A stretch of 64,000 bases of DNA from the NCBI RefSeq assembly GCF_963921235.1, contig NC_086097.1:143842001-143906000 (forward strand), given 5' to 3'. Below the pieces are notes generated by a model that saw only the letters and a program-made list of their open reading frames with translations, ran no database searches and was not told where the DNA came from. The translations under genes were made by a program, and so were the position numbers. Below, piece by piece: positions 52,301 through 60,460 of the stretch. Origin of the DNA: Mobula hypostoma. Its lineage: Eukaryota. Every line of letters begins with the position of its first letter. The first letter of the stretch is position 1.

Positions 52301-55300
52301 GAAATAGTTACAAGATATGGCATAATAATTTAAATTTGATGTCTGTTGTGATTTTTTTTCTCATCGAATGTGGTAAATCTCCGGAATTCTCGACCCTGGA
52401 GGGCTGTGATGATCAGTCATCAATGCTATCTAAAGGGCAAATAGATAATATTTTGAAATACTCAGAGATGTGTGGAAATAGGAGAGAATAGAGGTTGAGG
52501 CCTGGGTCAGGCCAGCCATATCATATTGAATGGTGGGGAAGGTTTGACAGGCCTACTCTAGCTCCCAATTCCTTGCATTTTTTTATCTATCTTTTGTTTC
52601 AAATCTTAATCCATTCAACATTCAGAAAAATACATTTTGATCTCACAAATTGAAGCATTAGTGACCTCTATGTGAAGGGCTGGAATTCAGTTCTATGATA
52701 AAATAATTTATCAAGAGTTTTAAGAATAGGTTAATACAAAGAATAAAACAATGGATAATTATCACACTTATACTATAAAATAACCAAATTCATTACTCTA
52801 TCTGTATCTGTATATTTTTGTTGATGTTTGCATTGGCATGTACATAAATGTGTGTCTTTATATCATCAGATTATATAGTTATGTTTTCATATTGCTGTTT
52901 TGGAGTGTATTTATGATTCAACGATTTTGCATGTTTGTGCAGATGTGTGTCCCTGCTTGTGGTAATTAAGTGTACATATGCCAAAAGTGCTGAAGAATAA
53001 ATGTTTTCACACGGATATATACATGAACCCATTTTTGGTATATGTTCAAAATAGGTGTATATAAAATAAAATGTGTTTTAGATATATTATTTTGTATAAC
53101 ATTTATAATCAATATAGGACAAGCAAGGTATTTTTGACATGCCCTGAAAATGTTTCAAGAAATAGAATCTGTAATTATTTTAAGTATAAAATCAATCCAT
53201 AACTGCAAGTGTTTTAAAAACTATTAAAGAAAATTGTACAATATTCAGAATTAAAAATTAGAATTGGATTTATTGTCACTGACTTAAATTGTGTTGAAAT
53301 GTGTTATTTTGCAATAGCAGTACGGTGTAAAGACATGAAATTACTCTATTATAAAGGTAAATACATAGCGCAGAAATAAAAGAATAATGAGGTAGTGTTC
53401 AGGGGTTCATGGACCATTTTGAAATCTAATGGCAGAGGGAAATAAGCTATTTCTGAATTGTCTTCAGTCTCCGGTACCTTTTCCCCTGCTGGTAGTGTTA
53501 GTGCAGGTCCTGCATGGTAATGAATGCCACCTTCTTGAAGCACCATCTCTTGAGGCTGTCCTCGCTGGTGGGAAAGCTTGTACCCACGAAGGAGGTGGCT
53601 GAGTCTATAGCCCTCTGCCCCCTCCGTACCAGGCTGTGATGCAGCCAGACGTAACGTTAAGTTAGTGACTGCTCCTTTTAGAAAAATAGAATAATTATAA
53701 TGGACTGAGGAGCTGTTATGTGTATGCATACAGCTATATTGTCATGTAGAGTTGGATATTAACATGTAGTTGTATCTGAATGTTAGACTTGCGTATGACT
53801 GAAAATAAAAATGTATATCTGCATGCATGTATGTGACTATTTGAATGTGAACATACAGTATACATTTAACCAAGTATTCAGTTTATTTTTGATTGGTTGT
53901 TTCTTGTAATTTTCTCTGGGAGTTAAATCAGACAAAGTTGAAAGTTCAAAGTAGATTTATTATCAAAGTTCAATTCTATTCCATGGTTGCTGTTTCTAAT
54001 GGTACAGAAGATATCAAGCCCAGCCTGGTTGACGAAAGGTGTTTTATTGTCCTTTAAAGGACAGTCTTCCCACAAACACTTCCTGTGCAACCTTATGGCT
54101 GGTTAAGGGCAATATTGAGAACTGTTTATAATCTGACCATCTAAATATAATTCCTTTTGGGCTGGGATATCTTTGAAAAGTATTCTGTGCTCTATTTCCT
54201 CTATGACCTAAGCAGATATCAATCTGTGTATAGGGCTCAGTGAGATTTGAATTGTGTACAATAAATAGACACTCAGGAATAAAGTAATTGAACAAATTCT
54301 ACTGAATAGTCCAATGTTAATTTGAAAGCTTTCATTAAATGAAATGAGTGTGAGTGTGTGTGTGTGTGTGTGTGCTTTTATATCTGTTAATGTTTTTTGC
54401 ATAACTGCATATTTTGGTTTGGAATGCTTATTGATTCCTCAGCAAATGTAATTATTTTTTCTGTGTTGATAAGGTAAATAGGTTCAACAAATGTGAAGAC
54501 CGAGCTATTCTCATTACTGACCTGCACCTGTACAAACTAGAGCCAGCCAAACGCTACAAAAATATGAAAATGCTGCCACTCAATCAAGTAAGTACCCAGC
54601 TAGGTATCAGCCCCTTTTATTTCAATAATATACTCGATTCATAAGACAATTATACATACCATATAATCTTTCTTTCCTTGTATTGGTTTTGGATTATTAT
54701 TGTCACATGTACTAAGATTCCTTGAAAAGTTTGTCTTGCATGCTGTTCATAGAGATCAAATCACTACACTGCATATTGAAGTAAAACAAGGTAAAGCACT
54801 AACAATGCAGAATAAAGTTTAACAGCTACAGAGAAGGTGCAGTGCAGGTAAATAATAATGTGCAAGTTCATAATGAAGCAGATTTTTAAAAAATTTAGTC
54901 AGTTATGAGATATGGGCATTGCCAGCTCCGCCAGCATTTATTGCCCATCCCCAGTTGCCCTTGAGAAGGTGGTGATGAGCCAGCTTCTGGAACCGCTGCA
55001 GTCCCTGAGGTGACTCCCACAGTGCTGTAAGAGAGGAAATTCCATGATGTTGACCCAGTAGCAATTCTCTGGTACCATGGTGTTTACATAGCTAGACCAG
55101 TTCAGTTTCCTGTCAATGGTAACACCCAGGATGTTGATAAGTATGATAATAGGGGATTCAATGTTGGTGATGATACTGAATGTCAAGGGACGATGGTAGA
55201 GCCTCTCTTGTTGGAAATGGGCATTGCCTGGCACTTGTGTGGCTCGAATGTTACTTGTCACTTGTCAGCCCAAGCCTAGATATTGTCCAGGTCCTGTTGC

Positions 55301-57349
55301 ATTTGGGAATGAACTGTTTCTCTATCTGAGGAGTCATAAATGGTACTGTGTAATCATCTGCGAACATCCCTACTTCTGACCTTATGATGGAAGGAAGGTC
55401 TTTGATGGAGCGGCTGAAGATGGTTGGTCCTAGGACACTTCCCTGAGGAACTCCTGCAGTGATGTCCTGAGGATGAGATGATTGGCATCCAACCACCACA
55501 ACCATCCTCCTTTGTGTCAGGTATGATTCCAACCATACCTGGGGATAGTAGTGTCAAGTACCCAATTAGTGTGCCATCAAACCAAAACATATTCTTCCAA
55601 TGCAGCTGGTGTTGTCCCTTTAATTGAACAGATTTCATCCTTGATCGTTACCTTTTATAGATGGAATCTCACCATCAGGAATCCTTTTAAAGAGAGAGTC
55701 TAAATGACTGGAGCTGACGATGCTTGTAACTACATTTTGGATGTATTTGCATCTTCCCTTTAGGCTCGATCCTGAAAGGTCAGAGGTAGTATTTTAAAGC
55801 TACAAGGTTGTCTAAACTCTGCCTGATGCGATTTCTAGGCAATCTGTAAGTCGACAAATAAGGTGCTACCAGTAAACAGATTGAAGTCCAGTGTGAGTTT
55901 TAAATTCAGGTACAAAGAAGAACTCCAAGCTTTCTCTCAGCTGAAAGTGTTTTTGTCTTTGAATCAGAAAACTGTGTTTATATTCTCTTCTGCACCCTTG
56001 TATAATTTGTGAGCAGTCGTTCCAGGGTAGCACCAAGAGGGTGCAGAAGTATCACCTTTTGGGGTAGATATTAACATAAAATCCAATCTTCTCTGTTAGA
56101 AGGATATACAAGACACCATGGTAGTGTTTTGAAGAAAAGTGGCAGAGATACCCAAGAAAAGATTTTTTTCCTGTATTAACCTAAATAGATTATCTGATTA
56201 TTCTCACTTGAGTGCTTGTAGCAGGATGTTGCGTGTTAATTGGCTGCAGTATCATATTACTACATTATCCCAGCGACTCACTTCAAAAGAAATTAATTAG
56301 CTGAAGATCACTTTGGAATGTCCTGGGATCATGAAAACTGCCATTTTGATGGAATTTTCCTCATTTACCCAAATAAGGGAACTATGTGAAGTCTAGCCTA
56401 AGATTCTTAAAGGAGCCAATGCTGCATTCAAGTTGCAAACCTTTGTGGCTTACAGTCATTGTAGTGCAGGCTTTTGATTCAAGAGAAATAAAAATTATAG
56501 ACGCCCCTGTATTATAAAACCGAGTAAATTTCAAGAAGTACTGTACTGCTTTGGGTGTAATGACTATTACATCATGGGAAATGCTGCAGAAGCACAAGTT
56601 ACTTCTCTAAAATAACAAAGACATTTTAACTGAGTAAATCATGACATCTTGTGAGGATCTCAGAACAAGGGGGCATATTAAACTTGGAACTAGGCCAACG
56701 TAGAGTGCAACCCAGAGGCACTTGTGGAAACTAAGCATAACAGAAACTGAGAGTCAGCTTGTGGATTCTGGACACTTAGATTTATCAACTTTTTTTTTAT
56801 TAGTTAAGGACAACAAACTAAATGAAACAACACTGCGTGAAAGCAGTTGATGGATGGGTCAAGCATGAGCCAGATGAGGCAGGGAACAGAGTCAACGGGC
56901 TGAATGGTTTACAGCTTGCATTTCTAGTTGAAATTTCTGTATGGTTCTCGGATTCATAATGATAGAACACACTATTGACTGATACACCAGCAGCTGATGT
57001 TTTAAAAATCACTGAATTATTCAGGTAATGCTAACAACTGTGGCACACTGTGAGGATGCAGAATCTGTATCAGTTGAATTCATGGTCTCCCAATGAATTA
57101 AGAGGTTAATTTTCACTGAAATGCTTTTACTTTTGACAACATTGTCACTGAAGACATGCGTTGCACAATCTAAATGAAGCTCTTGCACCTCCACTTGATC
57201 TTTTAGGTTACTGGACTCAGCATCACTGATGGCAGGGATCAATTGATCATCTTCCACACAAAGACAAATGATGACCTGGTTGTTTGCCTGCAGGGGGAAT
57301 TGAATAGGATTGGAGAAGTTGTTGGGGTCCTGGCAAATCACTTTAACAA
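1307..57349 (+). CDS. myo1g: Unconventional myosin-Ig (MYO1D/G subgroup), partial multi-exon gene: join(1307..1423,8696..8902,16884..17029,18873..18987,19589..19759,21332..21402,21722..21796,27553..27685,31255..31421,43829..44036,48577..48800,50095..50239,50952..51056,54474..54587,57207..57349)
   Basis: 15 AG/GT-bounded exons join in frame (713 codons + 2 nt, no stops). Motifs: DIYGFE (switch II), [25 protein letters not shown] motif, TH1 tail. MYO1G-type segments as recalled: [52 protein letters not shown]. Confidence 0.88.
1530..3810 (+). mobile_element. Old degenerate CR1 LINE, split by an L1 at 2388-3710
   Basis: Decayed GKSC.T, FQKAF.KV and tttgcagatgataccaag (FADDTK); resumes at 3711 with ctttacccag.gagtggtgaga. 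Confidence 0.7.
2388..3710 (-). mobile_element. L1-clade LINE, 5'-truncated (ORF2 C-terminus + 3' UTR)
   Basis: Minus-strand ORFs with [11 protein letters not shown] and a CCHC finger CNKC...[16 protein letters not shown] duplicated at 2381-2387 and 3711-3717. Confidence 0.85.
3907..4247. mobile_element. hAT-type MITE
   Basis: Perfect 11-bp TIR CAATATTCCCT/AGGGAATATTG; 8-bp TSD accctaac/acactaac (7/8). Confidence 0.75.
5335..7040 (+). mobile_element. Rex1/Babar LINE 3' fragment with (TATGAC)n tail, nested in the Penelope-like element
   Basis: [23 protein letters not shown]...LIRKA...HPLH; gatcaataaagtatgac; the tail continues at 7011-7036 after the hAT. Confidence 0.82.
5856..7010 (+). mobile_element. 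hAT (Charlie-like) internally deleted DNA transposon; contains a CR1 tail at ~6455-6640 (-)
   Basis: TIRs CAGCGGTCCCCAAC / GTTGGGGGCCCCTG (12/14); hAT C-terminal dimerisation-like peptide [27 protein letters not shown]...KT..RNRL; TSD not clean. Confidence 0.82.
8310..8347 (+). ncRNA. Degenerate minimal hammerhead ribozyme (PLE end)
   Basis: CAGTC-CCGATGA-AGGATCTCGGCCC-GAAA-T-GTC-GACTG; core CUGA mutated to CCGA. Confidence 0.55.
8696..8902 (+). CDS. myo1g: myo1g exon (~8), [10 protein letters not shown]...[29 protein letters not shown]
   Basis: ttcatag|GGG ... AAG|gtagaa; 207 nt. Confidence 0.93.
9075..9585 (+). mobile_element. CR1 LINE 3' fragment
   Basis: cagttctggtcacc (QFWSP), [14 protein letters not shown], tail ggcctgtttctgtgctgt...ctctatga. 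Confidence 0.8.
10015..10465 (-). mobile_element. Rex1-like LINE 3' fragment
   Basis: Reverse of ...aataaac 3' end (gagtttattgtcatatg); minus-strand IKDP..., PSSG-like remnants. Confidence 0.55.
10798..11345 (+). mobile_element. Tc1-family non-autonomous transposon
   Basis: TA|CACTCAGT..TTTATTAGG ... CATAAAGCGGCCTCTGAATG|TA degenerate TIRs; HTH remnant [22 protein letters not shown]. Confidence 0.75.
11850..12544 (+). mobile_element. Old CR1 RT fragment (resumes at ~16629-16750)
   Basis: MDFSK.FDKV, decayed PQGSVLGP, .WQ..FN..KC.VMH.G. Confidence 0.7.
12545..16628 (+). mobile_element. Long CR1 LINE (ORF1 esterase-like part, APE endonuclease, RT, 3' tail), multiply disrupted
   Basis: RMVCCLPGA (ORF1), IYRPPNS and VMGDFN (APE), [27 protein letters not shown]; tail (TCTTATGG)n; foreign inserts at 13011-13105 and ~14421-14718. 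Confidence 0.88.
13006..13045 (+). ncRNA. Minimal type I hammerhead ribozyme motif, intact core
   Basis: GCAGTC-CTGACGA-AGG(GTCTCGG)CCT-GAAA-C-ATC-GACTGC: 6-bp stem I, AUC cleavage triplet. Confidence 0.75.
16884..17029 (+). CDS. myo1g: myo1g exon (~9), [11 protein letters not shown]...[14 protein letters not shown] (switch II)
   Basis: ccacag|GCA ... AG|gtaaag; 146 nt. Confidence 0.95.
17850..18242 (-). mobile_element. CR1 3' fragment
   Basis: ccataagactataagatatcggagcagaattaggcc tail; minus [19 protein letters not shown]. Confidence 0.82.
18418..18750 (+). mobile_element. CR1 3' fragment
   Basis: [17 protein letters not shown]...[12 protein letters not shown]. Confidence 0.8.
18873..18987 (+). 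CDS. myo1g: myo1g exon (~10), [38 protein letters not shown] (relay helix)
   Basis: cccacag|T TTT ... CAT|gtaagt; 115 nt; absent from the ORF track. Confidence 0.95.
19589..19759 (+). CDS. myo1g: myo1g exon (~11), [19 protein letters not shown]...KHAHYTSRK
   Basis: ttccag|GTT ... AAG|gtagga; 171 nt. Confidence 0.95.
20500..20920 (-). mobile_element. CR1 3' fragment
   Basis: catagaaacatagaaa tail; minus [21 protein letters not shown]. Confidence 0.82.
21332..21402 (+). CDS. myo1g: myo1g exon (~12), [23 protein letters not shown]
   Basis: ctgcag|CTG ... AC|gtaagt; 71 nt. Confidence 0.93.
21722..21796 (+). CDS. myo1g: myo1g exon (~13), [24 protein letters not shown]
   Basis: attcag|G TAC ... 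AG|gtgagg; 75 nt. Confidence 0.94.
22312..25098 (-). mobile_element. Composite CR1 block: a minus-strand CR1 with nested CR1 pieces (~23075-23820 minus; ~24190-24355 plus)
   Basis: Minus ORFs [19 protein letters not shown], [11 protein letters not shown]; internal 3' tails at 23078 and 24340-24355. Confidence 0.8.
26348..26902 (+). mobile_element. Truncated Penelope-like element with inverted tail at its left end
   Basis: 26348-26410 is the reverse complement of the PLE tail; 26411-26902 encodes [20 protein letters not shown] then a pyrimidine-rich UTR and a hammerhead; TTCCTGAA at 26340-26347 and 26903-26910. Confidence 0.85.
26860..26895 (+). ncRNA. Minimal type I hammerhead ribozyme motif, fully canonical
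   Basis: AGTC-CTGACGA-AGG(GTCTCGG)CCT-GAAA-C-GTC-GACT: CUGANGA and GAAA cores, GUC site, palindromic ACGT in place of stem III. Confidence 0.8.
27553..27685 (+). CDS. myo1g: myo1g exon (~14), [44 protein letters not shown]
   Basis: ttcccag|T TTT ... AAG|gtagga; 133 nt. Confidence 0.95.
28186..28385. repeat. (CA)n-rich microsatellite with a duplicated ~55-bp unit
   Basis: Long CA runs; acacacaggcacatatgcatg occurs twice. Confidence 0.95.
29412..29846 (+). mobile_element. Truncated Penelope-like element 3' end
   Basis: Near-identical to 26438-26900 over the first ~190 bp; ends with a hammerhead and the gatgctgcctggcctgctgcg..caccagcaactttt tail. Confidence 0.85.
29751..29786 (+). ncRNA. Minimal type I hammerhead ribozyme motif, intact core
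   Basis: AGTC-CTGACGA-AGG(GTCTTGG)CCT-GAAA-C-ATC-GACT. Confidence 0.75.
31255..31421 (+). CDS. myo1g: myo1g exon (~15), [16 protein letters not shown]...[22 protein letters not shown]
   Basis: aatcag|GAA ... AG|gtaatt; 167 nt. Confidence 0.96.
33347..33813 (-). mobile_element. PIF/Harbinger non-autonomous element
   Basis: TAA on both sides; imperfect TIRs AACCCAATTTATATTTCTGC / GCACAAGTATAAATCAGGCT; remnant [19 protein letters not shown] resembles Harbinger nuclease N-terminus; CR1 flanks rejoin (ctgtgtaa|gact). Confidence 0.78.
35806..36184 (-). mobile_element. Short RTE-clade (Rex3/Expander-like) 5'-end-derived insertion
   Basis: Minus strand reads caatgacccagagagctatg...ggcagggttacccatgccaaacagg...ccagacta, like recalled Rex3/Expander 5' UTRs; CTCTA on both sides; CR1 flanks rejoin. 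Confidence 0.6.
37135..37560 (+). mobile_element. CR1 3' fragment
   Basis: [14 protein letters not shown]; tail gaagggcctgtttctgtgct. Confidence 0.78.
37868..43010 (-). mobile_element. CR1 LINE A (37868-39757 + 42815-43010) carrying nested CR1 B (39762-40214 + 42761-42814, minus)
   Basis: Minus ORFs [23 protein letters not shown]; junctions rejoin as ttttctaga|tctctatcatt and catccttgt|aaatttcctctgcacc. Confidence 0.85.
40215..42760 (+). mobile_element. Young 5'-truncated CR1 LINE C nested in CR1 B
   Basis: [17 protein letters not shown] ORFs 41086-41847 and 42093-42665, few stops; tail (TCTTATGG)n. Confidence 0.92.
43479..43620 (-). mobile_element. CR1 3' end, same subfamily as CR1 C
   Basis: Near-perfect reverse complement of 42611-42752. 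Confidence 0.9.
43829..44036 (+). CDS. myo1g: myo1g exon (~16), converter, [16 protein letters not shown]...[10 protein letters not shown]...IVLFLQK
   Basis: ttccag|A TAT ... AAG|gtaggg; 208 nt. Confidence 0.95.
44525..45490 (-). mobile_element. Rex1/Babar LINE 3' fragment
   Basis: Minus [36 protein letters not shown]; reverse tail ggtattggtattgatttattattgtcac. Confidence 0.78.
48577..48800 (+). CDS. myo1g: myo1g exon (~17), IQ neck, [21 protein letters not shown]...MKHLFR
   Basis: tggcag|ATT ... AG|gtaaaa; 224 nt. Confidence 0.94.
49058..49549. mobile_element. Tc1-like MITE with ~60-bp self-palindromic terminal repeats
   Basis: gtgcaaaagtcttaggcac...gtgcctaacattttgcacagtactg at the left; its imperfect reverse complement at 49486-49549. 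Confidence 0.6.
50095..50239 (+). CDS. myo1g: myo1g exon (~18), [48 protein letters not shown]
   Basis: ttgcag|G TGG ... TCT|gtaagt; 145 nt. Confidence 0.94.
50952..51056 (+). CDS. myo1g: myo1g exon (~19), TH1, [35 protein letters not shown]
   Basis: tttcag|GCC ... AAG|gtaagg; 105 nt. Confidence 0.92.
51560..52578 (+). mobile_element. Highly decayed CR1 3' part
   Basis: gtgaggtcatacccgga, ttttggtccccttatttaag, ggattttagcagaataagaaatgattttattga, CR1-like tail. Confidence 0.6.
53245..53650 (-). mobile_element. Rex1-like LINE 3' fragment
   Basis: Reverse tail agaattggatttattgtcactgac; aatggcagagggaaataagctatt (reverse of NS.FP.AI). Confidence 0.6.
54474..54587 (+). CDS. myo1g: myo1g exon (~20), PH-like, [38 protein letters not shown]
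   Basis: gataag|GTA ... CAA|gtaagt; 114 nt. Confidence 0.92.
54895..55540 (-). mobile_element. CR1/L2-group LINE RT fragment
   Basis: Minus [15 protein letters not shown]...[14 protein letters not shown]...[19 protein letters not shown]. Confidence 0.78.
57207..57349 (+). CDS. myo1g: myo1g exon (~21), [47 protein letters not shown]
   Basis: ttttag|GTT ... AA|gtaagt; 143 nt; ends phase 2, so a further exon is required. Confidence 0.92.
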
Positions 57350-58231
57350 GTAAGTGATGCATGTAGCACTCTATTGTGATGGAAATACAAAACAGGTATG
57401 CCATTATGCGGCTGTTGGCTGACCATGGAAATACAGGCATATAATGTGTAGATATCGCATGTGTTCAGAAACAGGTTTAATATCAAGGGCATATGTCATA
57501 AAATTTATAGTTTTGCGACAACCATTTTTTTGGTTTCCAGAGCACTAATCCTCCTGGACCATGACTGAGATTTGATTGATAAACTAAATTTCCGATGATA
57601 ATATCCAACTGTCTGTTGCATGAGTTTGGTGTCAGGGTTTTAACCACCTTTCGTTTCCTAGCAGTTGGCCATCAAACATGTAAAGGTCCTGAAAAAAAAG
57701 TGATGTTTCTGCAGTGTAAAACTACTTGGAGGTCAGTGTTAATTGGCATCAAATATAGAACACAGAACATAGAACAGTACAACAAAGTACAGGCCTTTCG
57801 ACACACTTGTTGTGCCAACATTTTAACCTACTCTAACATCAATCTAACCCTTCCCTCCTACAAAGCCCTCCATTTTTCTTTTTTCCATCCAGGTGCCTGA
57901 GAGTCTCTTAAATATAGAACGTAGAAAATTAATTTGACAAAATCAGCAAACACTAAAATATCTTCTAGTAAGTGCAATGGCCACCATTAGTACAAAAAGC
58001 AATCATCCTCAGTTTTGCCAAATTGTAAACTGGGCTTGGCTTGAAACTGCTGATCTACGGAGAGTAGCGTTGTGTGAGGCTGCAGTCAGTATGGAAGAGC
58101 TGGGGATAGTGGTTGGGTTTCTGCAATAGTAGTGACTTGAGATGGTTTAAGACAGTACTGGGTAGGATAGTGCGGCAGGATATGAATACCAGAAGAAACA
58201 AATGTGCATCTTTACCAAGCTATGGGTGGTT

Positions 58232-59250
58232 TAAAACATAGAACATAATCTCTTAAATGTTCCTAATGAACTTGTCTCTACTACTGCCCTGGCACTGTGT
58301 TCCACACACCCACAGCTCCCTGTGCAAAGTACTTACTTCTGATCTCCCCACTATACTTTCCTCCAATCGCCTTAAAATTATGCCATCCTATAGTAGCCAT
58401 TTTGTCGTGTGAAAATGTCTCTTACTGTTTATGCCCCTTATCATCTTATACAACTCTATCAAGTCACCTCTCATCCTCCTTCCCTCTAAAGCAAGGGTTC
58501 CCAACCTAGGGTCCACAGACCCCTTGCTTAATGAGGTATTGGTCCATGGCATAAAAACAGTTGTGAGCCCCTGCTCAAAAGAGAAGAGCCCTAGCTTATT
58601 CAACCTATCCTCATAAGACATGGTCTCACATCCAGGCAGCATATTGGTAGATCTCTGCATCCTCTTTAAAGCTTCCATATCCTTCCTATAATGAGCACAA
58701 TATACCAAGTGTTTTATAGTGCTGCAATATTACCTCGCAGCTTCTGAATTAAATCCCTTGACTAATGAAGACCATACTCTTCTTAACCACTCCATCAAGT
58801 TGTGTGGCAATTTTGAGGGATCTAGGGACGTGGATCCCAAGGTACCTGTTCCTCCTCTCTGCTAAGAATCCTGCCATTAACTTTGTACTCTATCTTGAAA
58901 TTCAACTTTCCAAAGTGAATCACTTCACACTTTTCCACGTTGAATTCCACCTGCCACTTCTCAGCGTCACCTGCAAATTTAGCAACCCACCCTTCCACTT
59001 TATCATCCAAATCCTTTATAAAGGTCACAAAGAGCAGGGGTCCCAGAGCAGATCCGTTGAACACCACTAGTCACAGACATCCGGATGGAATACGCTCTAT
59101 CTGCTGCTACCCTCTGGTTTCTGTGGACAAGCCAATTCTGAATGCACACAGTCAAATTTCCCTAGATCCTATGCCTTCTGACTTTCTGTATGAGGTTACA
59201 CATCCACCATTCTACCTTCATCAATTTGTTTTGTCACATCTTCAAAAAAG
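58232..59250 (-). mobile_element. Decayed CR1 3' fragment (separate CR1 tail at ~57755-57915)
   Basis: Minus ORFs GSALGPLLFV, WQVEFNVEKCEVIHFG, RMRGDLIELYK. Confidence 0.78.
58492..58573. mobile_element. 82-bp hAT (Charlie-like) MITE inside CR1
   Basis: TIRs CAAGGGTTCCCAAC / GTTGTGAGCCCCTG; 8-bp TSD ctctaaag/ctcaaaag. Confidence 0.75.
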
Positions 59251-59408
59251 GAATGAAATGGAAGAACCAGGGGATTGGAGAGCACTGTGAAGAGAGGAGT
59301 GCAAAAAGTGATGCAGCCCTGCAAATTTCAACAAAACTTTCAATATAATTCAGCAGCTTTAAAAATCTTTTTGTAAAGAAGACTGGCAGCAATTTCGGTG
59401 GAGATTTC

Positions 59409-59621
59409 TGGTGAACGCAGCAGGCCAGGCAGCATCTATAGGAGAGGTGCAGTCTACACTTCGGGCTGAGACCCTTCGTCAGGACTCACGAAGGTCTTGG
59501 GTCTCAGTCCAAAACATCAACTGCACCTCTTCCTATAGATGCTGCCTGGCCTGCTGCGTTCACCAGCATTTTTTGTGTGTGTTGCTTGAATTTCCAGCAT
59601 CTGCAGATTTCCTCGTGTTTG
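59409..59621. mobile_element. Palindromic non-coding PLE-derived mini-element (two opposed hammerhead/tail copies)
   Basis: 12-bp TSD GGTGGAGATTTC at 59397-59408 and 59622-59633; the left arm is the reverse complement of the right arm. Confidence 0.85.
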
Positions 59622-60339
59622 GGTGGAGATTTCACTTGTGTAAGGAATGTTCCACGATAACAGGCTCATCAATAAATAATAAAGTACCTAAAATAGAAAG
59701 ATACATGCTGCAGATCAGAATATGTTGCTTCTCTATGCCTGGGCTGGAAGAGAACAACATCAAGGGCTATACTGATGGATGATCTGCATTTATCCCAGGT
59801 CTGAGAATATCCAATGGGGCAAGCTAGAGCAAATCTTGTGTGGAATTCATGCAGCAGCTGATCTGAAGCTCTTTATTTCTAGCACCAGATGCAGAATGCA
59901 GAGAGAATGTTCTGTTCCCTGTTACTGACAACTTTTAAAAGGACAAAATTAGCTTTCACTAACACCCTGTTGACACCAATTACTTGATGCTTTATCTGCT
60001 TGGGAGGTTCCTATAATAAGATGACAGTTTCCTGCTATTTGTTCTAATCTCACAAACAAAGCCTGGAAGTAGGTTTAATGACTGACTGAATAAAGTCATC
60101 AAGAACACAACACTCTTTAAAGTACATCATCTCTGTCTCCATGGTAAAAGCTGTGGCATTTTTCTAGTGTTCTCACACTACATTAATGTTCTGTTTGTCG
60201 GGATGGGGGTAGGTGGTGAAATTAGCTCCATTGGCTTTCATTTTCGATCATTTCTCTTTACTGTCTTTCTCCAATGAGAATCTGTATCCTTATGAAATAC
60301 CTCTTGCTTTTGTGGTGTGGTGTTGACCACAGCTGACCC

Positions 60340-60460
60340 TGGTCAGTTCGGATTAGCAACATCATCGCCACAATCACCTTAGCACAGATGCACCACAAGG
60401 CTGTGTGCTTAGCCCCCTGCTCTACTCACTTTATACCTATGACTGTGAGGCTAAGTACCC
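60340..60460 (+). mobile_element. Rex1/Babar RT fragment
   Basis: APQGCVLSPLLYSLYTYDCEAK. Confidence 0.75.

Noticed and set aside
57021..57440. 139-aa minus-strand ORF (similar cases at 1202-1420, 18838-19149, 27469-27723)
   Set aside because: Antisense shadows of myosin exons with no recognisable motif.
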